Below, piece after piece: positions 57,302 to 64,000 of a DNA stretch of 64,000 nt (position 1 is its first letter; every line of letters starts with the position of its first letter). Origin of the DNA: Verrucomicrobiota bacterium (GTDB lineage: Bacteria; Verrucomicrobiota; Verrucomicrobiia; Limisphaerales; Palsa-1400); the NCBI GenBank assembly GCA_049510745.1, contig JBEKYR010000005.1, forward strand, positions 32,001 through 96,000, given 5' to 3'. Both the position numbers and the translations under genes were made by a program. A model generated the notes under the pieces. That model was not told the origin of the DNA. It was given only the letters and a program-made list of their open reading frames with translations, and did no database searches.

Positions 57302-58930
57302 ATGCAGACGAAATCATTGCCCCTCCGACATGTTTATCTGATGGCCAACGGCGACCTTCGCCTCAGCGCCAACCAGAAATGCTGGCCCGTCCAGGCCAAA
57401 ATGGAGGCCCTCCTGGCCAAATCCCTCCAAGCCGAAGGTTGGACGTGCGTCCGCGCCCATCCGTTCGACCGGGCCAAAAACCACGGCTTCATCGATTCCC
57501 AAAAAATGGGCATGGAGGTCTTCCGCAAACTGGATCGCACCGCGCCGTTGATCGTGGCGGAAACAGTCTGGCAATACAGCCATCACCTGTTGCATGGGCT
57601 TTACACGCATCGAGGCCCCATTCTCACGGTGGCCAATTGGAGCGGGACCTGGCCGGGGTTGGTCGGCATGTTGAATCTCAACGGTTCCATGACCAAGGCG
57701 GGCATCGCCTACAGCTCGCTCTGGAGCGAGGATTTTGCGGACGGTTTTTTTGAAAAGGGCCTGCGCCAATGGCTCAACGCCGGCGTCCTGACCCACGATC
57801 AAAGCCATGTACGCGATCTGCAAAACGTCAGACTGCCCCAGGCGGACGAGGAACTGGGCCGCCGGGTGGGCCGCCAGTTCAAGGAGAACAAAGCCATCCT
57901 GGGGGTTTTCGACGAAGGCTGCATGGGTATGTTCAACGCCATCATCCCGGACGAACTGCTTCACCCCACCGGCGTCTTCAAAGAGCGCCTCAGCCAGTCC
58001 AGCCTCTTCGCCGCCATGCGGGAGGTAACCGACGCCGAGGCGCGGGCGGTGCTGGCCTGGTACGTGAAGAAAGGGGTGACTTTCCATTGGGGCAAGAACG
58101 AACAAACCGAATTGACCAAGGCCCAAACCCTGCAGCAATGCAAAATGTACATTGCCGCGATGCGCCTGGCCGATGAATTCGGCTGCGCCACCATCGGCAT
58201 TCAGTATCAGCAAGGGTTGAAGGACCTGGCCCCGGCCAGCGATCTGGCCGAAGGCACCCTCAACAACGTGGATCGTCCGCCCGTCAAGTCCGCCCGCACC
58301 GGACGCCTGCTCTACCCCGGGGAAGCGTTGCCGCACTTCAACGAAGTCGATGAATGCGCCGGCCTGGACGGGCTGGCCACCTACCGCCTCTGGCGCGAGC
58401 TGGGCTATCCGCCCGAAAACACGCTGCACGACTTGCGCTGGGGCCAGCAGTTCCAGGAGAACGGATTCAATGAATTTGTCTGGGTGCTCCTCATTTCCGG
58501 CGCCGCCCCGCCCGCGCATTTCATCGGCGGCTGGAAAGGCGCCTCCAGCGAACGCCAGCCGCCCATGTATTTTCGCCTCGGCGGCGGCACGCTCAAAGGC
58601 ATCAGCAAGCCCGGCCACATCGTTTGGAGCCGCATTTTCATCATGGGCGGCAAGCTCCATTGCGACCTGGGCGTGGCCCGGGTGGTCAAACTGCCGCGTC
58701 AGGAAACGGAGCGGCGCTGGCTGGAAACCACCGCGCAATGGCCCATCATGCACGCCTGCTTCGACGGCATCTCGCGCGATCAGATGATGGCCCGCCATAA
58801 ATCCAACCACATCCAAGTCGTTTATGCGCCCGACGAGAAAAAGGCCCGTCGCGCCTGCCGGGTCAAAGCCGCCATGCTGGCCGAACTGGGCCTCGAGGTC
58901 CATTTCTGCGGCCCGGTCGGCCTCGAGTGA
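57302..58930 (+). CDS. L-fucose/L-arabinose isomerase-like protein
   Basis: ANWSGTWPGLVG, GIQYQ, HFNEVD, LHDLRWG, GTLKG, NHIQV: FucI/AraA-type metal-binding pattern. Confidence 0.75.
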   Translation: MQTKSLPLRHVYLMANGDLRLSANQKCWPVQAKMEALLAKSLQAEGWTCVRAHPFDRAKNHGFIDSQKMGMEVFRKLDRTAPLIVAETVWQYSHHLLHGLYTHRGPILTVANWSGTWPGLVGMLNLNGSMTKAGIAYSSLWSEDFADGFFEKGLRQWLNAGVLTHDQSHVRDLQNVRLPQADEELGRRVGRQFKENKAILGVFDEGCMGMFNAIIPDELLHPTGVFKERLSQSSLFAAMREVTDAEARAVLAWYVKKGVTFHWGKNEQTELTKAQTLQQCKMYIAAMRLADEFGCATIGIQYQQGLKDLAPASDLAEGTLNNVDRPPVKSARTGRLLYPGEALPHFNEVDECAGLDGLATYRLWRELGYPPENTLHDLRWGQQFQENGFNEFVWVLLISGAAPPAHFIGGWKGASSERQPPMYFRLGGGTLKGISKPGHIVWSRIFIMGGKLHCDLGVARVVKLPRQETERRWLETTAQWPIMHACFDGISRDQMMARHKSNHIQVVYAPDEKKARRACRVKAAMLAELGLEVHFCGPVGLE

Positions 58931-59027
58931 AATGTCCCCTCTTTCCATCAGGGCTTAGGGTCGTGGCGAGGGAGATTAAGGACGTGACGACTGATCGGAT
59001 GATGCTACCCTCCCCGGAACAGACTCG

Positions 59028-60383
59028 ATGAACACAAGACTCAAATCGCGCCGGAGCTTCATCAAAACCGCGGCGCTGGCGATGCCCCTGGCCATTGCCG
59101 GCTGCAACGTCGCGCCGCGTGCAACGGGCGGACGCAAGGACTTTGCCTCCGTCCGCAACGGCCGATTCGAACTGCGCGGCCGCCCCTATTTTTTTGTCGG
59201 CGCCAGTCTTTGGTACGGATGTTATCTGAGCGATCCGGCCCTGGCCGGCGGGCGCGCGCGGATGACGCGCGAATTGGACCGGTTGCGGGAAATGGGCGTG
59301 GACAACCTCCGGCTGCTGGCAGGATCGGAGAGTTCGCCGCTGGCGGGGGCGATTCGGCGCGGCATCACCAAGGCGCCGCTGGAGTGGGACGAGGACCTGC
59401 TGCGCGGGCTGGATTTCTGCCTGGCGGAAATGGCCAAACGCGACATGCGGGGCGTTCTATTTGTTTCCAACTATTGGCAATGGTCGGGCAGTTTTGCCCA
59501 GTATGTGCGGTGGATCACCGGGGAGAACATCCCCGACCCGGACCTCCCCATGATGGCCGCCGGGGATTGGGGCGGGTTCATGCGGTTTTCGGCCAGGTTC
59601 TACTCGATTCCCGCGGCCAACCATCTCTATCGCGAATATGTCACCCGCCTGATCCATCGGCGCAACACCGTCAACGGCCGCATTTATCGCGACGACCCGG
59701 CCATCATGACGTGGGAACTGGCCAACGAACCGCGCCCCGGCACCAACGTGGCGGCGGATGTCCCGGTTTTTTGCCGGTGGGTCGATGAGACCGCGCGGTT
59801 TATTCACGACCAGGACCCCAATCATTTGGTTTGCACCGGATCGGAAGGAATTGTTGGCTGCCTGCAAAAGCCCGAAATATTCGTGCAGGCGCACCAGACG
59901 CCGGCCATCGATTACGTGACCGTCCACATGTGGCTCAAGAACTGGGGCTGGTTGAAGGATCCGTATTTGTCACCCGAATATGAAACGGCGGCCAACAGGG
60001 CCAAAGACCACGTCGAACAACACACCGTGCTGGCCACCGGGACGCTGCACAAACCGCTGGTGCTCGAAGAATTCGGGCTGCCCCGCGACCACGAGAAATA
60101 CACCCCCGAAAGCCCCGCCCTGGCGCGGGACGATTATTACCGGCGCCTGTTCGACCAAGTGGCCGATTCGGCGCGGGCGGAGCGCGCGCTGCAAGGGGCC
60201 AACTTCTGGGCCTGGGGCGGCGAGGGCCGCTCCCGGGCGGGCCAGCCCGAAGCCGCCGCCGCCGCCTTCACCGGCGACCCGTTCTGCGAGCCGCAAGGGC
60301 TGAATTCTGTATTTGACACAGATGCGACCACCCGGGCCGTCATCGCCAGGGCCAACGAAAAGCTGCGCGCGCTGGTTGCGTGA
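59028..60383 (+). CDS. GH5 beta-mannanase/mannosidase, Tat-exported lipoprotein
   Basis: SRRSFIK Tat motif and IAGC lipobox; NYWQWSG, WELANEPR, VHMW, LEEFG. Confidence 0.9.
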   Translation: MNTRLKSRRSFIKTAALAMPLAIAGCNVAPRATGGRKDFASVRNGRFELRGRPYFFVGASLWYGCYLSDPALAGGRARMTRELDRLREMGVDNLRLLAGSESSPLAGAIRRGITKAPLEWDEDLLRGLDFCLAEMAKRDMRGVLFVSNYWQWSGSFAQYVRWITGENIPDPDLPMMAAGDWGGFMRFSARFYSIPAANHLYREYVTRLIHRRNTVNGRIYRDDPAIMTWELANEPRPGTNVAADVPVFCRWVDETARFIHDQDPNHLVCTGSEGIVGCLQKPEIFVQAHQTPAIDYVTVHMWLKNWGWLKDPYLSPEYETAANRAKDHVEQHTVLATGTLHKPLVLEEFGLPRDHEKYTPESPALARDDYYRRLFDQVADSARAERALQGANFWAWGGEGRSRAGQPEAAAAAFTGDPFCEPQGLNSVFDTDATTRAVIARANEKLRALVA

Positions 60384-60450
60384 CCGGCACAGGTCATTCC
60401 CCGTCGGGAATGGCCTTGATAGTTCCTTCGACTCCTTCTTAAATGGAGCC

Positions 60451-61794
60451 GTGACTACGAAAGTTTTTTTCATTTCGCGCCGTTCCTTCCTGAAACGCTG
60501 TTCGCTGGCGGCCGCCGCCACGGGCCTGCCCGCCTGGTTCGTCGAACGCGACCTGGCCGAGGCCGCCCCGGCGCCCAAACTTGGGCCTAACGACCGTCCC
60601 GCCATCGCCCTTATCGGGTGCGGCGGCATGGGCCGCGCCGACGCCGGCAACGCCCGGCGCTTCGGCGATCTGGTCGCCGTGTGCGACGTCGATGACAGCC
60701 ACGCCGCCGCCGCCGCCGAACAATTCTCCGCCGACGGCAAAAAGCCTGTCATATACAATGATTTCCGCAAGGTCATGGCGCGGCGCGACATCCACGCCAT
60801 TATCAACGCCACGCCCGACCATTGGCACACGCTGATCAACCTGGCGGCCGCCAAGGCGGGCAAGGACGCTTACGGCGAGAAACCGCTGACCCTGACCATC
60901 GGAGAAGGACAGCGCCTCGTGCGCGCCGTGCGCAAGAGCAGGATCGTTTTTCAAACCGGCACGCAGCAGCGCAGCAGCGCGCGGTTCCGTCTGGCGTGCG
61001 AACTGGTGCGCAACGGGCGGATTGGCCGGCTCAGGCAAATCACCGTCTGGCTGCCCGCCGGCTTGCGCGGCGGTCCGTTTTCCGCCAAACCGGTGCCGGC
61101 GGGATTGAACTGGGATTTCTGGCTCGGCCAGGCGCCCAAAGTCGAGTACGTGCCGCAACGCTGCCATTCGACTTTCCGGTATTGGTACGATTATGCCGGC
61201 GGAACCATGACCGATTGGGGGCCGCACCACAACGACATCGTCCTCTGGGCCTTGGGCCTGCCTGGACCGGTGACGGTGGAGGCGACGCACTCGAGCGAGC
61301 CGATTCCCGGCGGTTACACCGCTTACAGCGATTACGAGGTCCATTTCACCTACGCCAACGGCGTGCGCCACACGGTCAAGAGCACGCGCGACGACACCAT
61401 TTACGGCGCCATTGTCAACGAAACCGGCCAGCGCAACGGGATCAAGTTCGAGGGCGACAACGGCTGGATATGGGTCAACCGCGAGGAACTCGAAGCCGGC
61501 GACGAATCCCTGCTTTCCACGCCGCTGCCGGCCGGAGCGCTGCGGCTCTACAAGAGCGACGATCACATGAGGAATTTCTTCGAGTGCATCCGTTCCCGCC
61601 AATTGCCTGTGGCGGACGTGGAAGCGGGCCATCGCTCGGCGTCGATCTGCCATCTTGGGGTGATTTCCCTGCGCCTGGGCCGCAAACTGCAATGGGACCC
61701 CGCGCGCGAAGAATTCACCGGCGAAGGCGCCAGGGAAGCCCGCGCCTTCCTCACCCGCGAAATGCGCAAGCCCTTCAACTATCACTTCGCGTGA
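60451..61794 (+). CDS. Tat-exported Gfo/Idh/MocA oxidoreductase
   Basis: SRRSFLK; IGCGGMG, TPDHWH, EKP, GTQQRS, DWGPHHND. Confidence 0.92.
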   Translation: MTTKVFFISRRSFLKRCSLAAAATGLPAWFVERDLAEAAPAPKLGPNDRPAIALIGCGGMGRADAGNARRFGDLVAVCDVDDSHAAAAAEQFSADGKKPVIYNDFRKVMARRDIHAIINATPDHWHTLINLAAAKAGKDAYGEKPLTLTIGEGQRLVRAVRKSRIVFQTGTQQRSSARFRLACELVRNGRIGRLRQITVWLPAGLRGGPFSAKPVPAGLNWDFWLGQAPKVEYVPQRCHSTFRYWYDYAGGTMTDWGPHHNDIVLWALGLPGPVTVEATHSSEPIPGGYTAYSDYEVHFTYANGVRHTVKSTRDDTIYGAIVNETGQRNGIKFEGDNGWIWVNREELEAGDESLLSTPLPAGALRLYKSDDHMRNFFECIRSRQLPVADVEAGHRSASICHLGVISLRLGRKLQWDPAREEFTGEGAREARAFLTREMRKPFNYHFA

Positions 61795-61804
61795 AGCCGC
61801 GCGG

Positions 61805-62308
61805 TTACCACGTCCCGTCCACCAGAAGGGAGACGGCGTTTCGCGCCAGGTCGTCGGTCAGCATCGGGATGGCTTGGCGCTCGGCGCTGCTTTGATCGTA
61901 GCCGAGGCGGATGTAGGTGCGGCCCGACACGTTGCGCTCGAAGTTGATCTTGCCGCTGTGCGCCTCCCTGGCCACCAGGTGGGCCACCAGCGTGAGGGTG
62001 TATTCCTGCGGCGTGAGCACGTCGTTGGTCTGGTAGGACAGTCCCGTGCGGTCAAACCGGATGATTTCGCCCGTCATCAGAATGTCCGCCCCGCCCGCGG
62101 TGGCGAGGCGGAAGGTGCCGTCCTGCTGGAGTTGGCGGCGGAGGGAGGCGGCCAGGTATTCGCTCACGCGCGGTTCGCGGGTGCGATTGACGAAAGGGTT
62201 CACCTGCACTGAACGGCTGCCGGCGGGCAGGCCGTTGGTCGGCCCGAGTTTGTAGCCGGCGCACCCCGCCAGCGCGAGGGCCAGGATGGACAAGAGCAGC
62301 CGGCGCAT
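61805..62308 (-). CDS. lptE: LPS-assembly lipoprotein LptE-like
   Basis: Lipobox LAGCAGY; FVNRTREP; downstream of bamD. Confidence 0.8.
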   Translation of the reverse strand: MRRLLLSILALALAGCAGYKLGPTNGLPAGSRSVQVNPFVNRTREPRVSEYLAASLRRQLQQDGTFRLATAGGADILMTGEIIRFDRTGLSYQTNDVLTPQEYTLTLVAHLVAREAHSGKINFERNVSGRTYIRLGYDQSSAERQAIPMLTDDLARNAVSLLVDGTW

Positions 62309-62315
62309 GTTCCTC

Positions 62316-63296
62316 CTATTTGGCGGCGGCGCGCTTCTTGAGGAGATCGATGCGCTGGCGGGCCTGGTTGGCCAGGGGCGAACCGGCATCCTTGATCAGC
62401 ACCTCGTTGTAATACACCAAGGCCCCATCCCACTTCTTGTTCTTCTCGTAAAACTGGGCGACGCGGAAATTGCCCCGCGCCTCCTCGGACTTGAGCGCGC
62501 TGATGATGCGGGTGGCGTCGGCCACGCGCGGGTCATCGGGATAGAGCGCCATGAAATCAGTGAAGGCCGAAATGGCCTGGCCCGCGATGCTTTGGTCGTA
62601 ATCGGCCTTGCGGGCTTGTTTATTGTAAGCCAAAGCGGCTTTGTAGAGAGCGTCGGCCGCGACTTGTTTCTGCTCGCTGTAACGGTCGGCCGCCAGCTCG
62701 TAGGCTTTGACGGCCAGGGGATAATCCTTTTCCTTTTCGCGGGCGGCGCCGATGTTCATCTGCGAGGCCGGGCCCAACTCGCCATAGGGGCCGAAGCGGA
62801 CGATTTTCTCGAACATATCCGCTGTTTTATCCATCGACGGGAAGAAAGGAATGTAGCCGAAGAGCTTGAACCATTGGCCGTGGAGGAAGCGCAGGGCGAT
62901 GACAAACTGGCGGTGCTGGACGTCACTGGCGTTGGCCGATTTGGGGTATTTGACCAGCAACGTTTCGTAGGCATTGAAGGCCTTTTCATCCTGTTTGCGT
63001 TCCTCGAAACAACGGCCCAAAAGGTATTGCGCCTGGGGGGCGTAGTCGGAGAGGGGCCAGACTTTTATGACCCGCTCGGCCGCCTTTTGGGAGAGCTTAA
63101 ATTTTTTCTGGTCGAAGGCCTGCTGGGCAACGGCCAGTTGATCCTTGGCCCGTTGCCGGTGCCAATCTCCCTTGGTTCCGGGCGTCTCGTAAGTCCACCC
63201 TTCGCCGGGCCGGTAAACCAGGGGAGCGGGCGAGCGATAGGGCAGCGCCACCCAAAGCAACAGGATCAAAACAATGCGCGCGAACGGCCGATTCAT
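62316..63296 (-). CDS. bamD: Outer membrane protein assembly factor BamD-like TPR protein
   Basis: Signal peptide, TPR repeats, YDQS..AI..F..F...YP, VAQFYEK. Confidence 0.85.
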   Translation of the reverse strand: MNRPFARIVLILLLWVALPYRSPAPLVYRPGEGWTYETPGTKGDWHRQRAKDQLAVAQQAFDQKKFKLSQKAAERVIKVWPLSDYAPQAQYLLGRCFEERKQDEKAFNAYETLLVKYPKSANASDVQHRQFVIALRFLHGQWFKLFGYIPFFPSMDKTADMFEKIVRFGPYGELGPASQMNIGAAREKEKDYPLAVKAYELAADRYSEQKQVAADALYKAALAYNKQARKADYDQSIAGQAISAFTDFMALYPDDPRVADATRIISALKSEEARGNFRVAQFYEKNKKWDGALVYYNEVLIKDAGSPLANQARQRIDLLKKRAAAK

Positions 63297-63338
63297 CGCC
63301 CGCATCGTATCGCAGCCGCCGACGCCAAGTCAACCCTC

Positions 63339-64000
63339 TCAGTAAATCATGTCCGCCACGGTGCGGTTGGCGGGGATGAATGGGATGACGTGTTCGGTGT
63401 AGGGGCAGGCCACGTCCAGCACATAGGGCTGGTCGGAGTCGAGCATTTCCTGCAAGGCGCGGCGCAGGTCTTTTTTATACATGACGCGCTGGGCCGGGAC
63501 GTTGAAGCTGTGGGCCATGGCGACGTAGTCGGGATAAATCTGGCGGCGTTTCTCCGGGTCGCCCAGATAAGTGTGCCCGCGGTTGCCCTGATAAAAGTCG
63601 TCCTCCCATTGCATCACCATGCCCAGATGCTGGTTGTTGAGAATCATGGCCTTGGCCGCGATGTTTTCGATGTGGGCGGTGGCCAGTTCCTGGACGTTCA
63701 TCAGGAAGGAGCCGTCGCCGTCGATATCGACCACCTGCTTGTCCGGCCGGGCGACTTTCGCCCCCAGGGCGGCGGGGTAGCCAAAGCCCATCGCGCCCAG
63801 GCCGGCGCTGGTCAGGAACTGGCGCGGGGAAGTGAATTTGTAATACTGCCCCGTCCACATTTGATGCTGGCCGACGCCGGTGGTGATGATCGCCTCGCCC
63901 TTGGTCAATTCGTAGAGCATCTCGATGGCCATCTGCGGCAGGATGACTTCGCTCTCGCGCCCTTGCAGGTGCTCCCGCGTGTGTTCGGAACGGGAGACTT
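63339..64000 (-). CDS. ilvB: Acetolactate synthase large subunit, 5'-partial
   Basis: [28 protein letters not shown] ThDP motif, LNNQHLGMV. Confidence 0.95.
   Translation of the reverse strand, partial: VSRSEHTREHLQGRESEVILPQMAIEMLYELTKGEAIITTGVGQHQMWTGQYYKFTSPRQFLTSAGLGAMGFGYPAALGAKVARPDKQVVDIDGDGSFLMNVQELATAHIENIAAKAMILNNQHLGMVMQWEDDFYQGNRGHTYLGDPEKRRQIYPDYVAMAHSFNVPAQRVMYKKDLRRALQEMLDSDQPYVLDVACPYTEHVIPFIPANRTVADMIY

Overview
High-GC bacterial chromosome segment. Gene content and repeat style suggest Verrucomicrobiota (Pedosphaerales-like); this is an inference. From left to right: (1) a pectin/rhamnogalacturonan CAZyme run (GH2, GH95/GH65-like, GH2 + F5/8 domain, PL4); (2) a divergent EF-G paralogue, an esterase, an Slp-like lipoprotein, aroE-pilD and recN; (3) a small accessory patch with a PIN toxin-antitoxin pair and an IS21 remnant carrying what looks like a captured integron gene cassette; (4) gmk-yicC, ygfZ and a second VapBC pair; (5) a DegT aminotransferase + Gfo/Idh/MocA + nagB operon next to amtB-glnK; (6) a ~15.6 kb integrase-less island bounded by tRNA-His and a 30-bp duplicate of its 3' end. 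The island encodes a type II PKS/FAS-like unusual-lipid pathway: KS, chain-length factor, ACP, FabG, FabZ, an acyl-AMP ligase, two B12 radical SAM enzymes, GT2, an MMPL-acyltransferase fusion, a LolA-like carrier and a papain-like protein; (7) yraN and rnhB separated by fhs and a low-GC 834-aa membrane protein gene; (8) a MoxR/DUF58/BatA/vWA operon, a palindromic repeat, a fucose-isomerase-like gene, a GH5 mannanase, a Tat oxidoreductase, lptE-bamD and partial ilvB. The best candidate for an undescribed system is the tRNA-His island lipid cluster. All family calls come from motif recognition by eye; no database searches were run.
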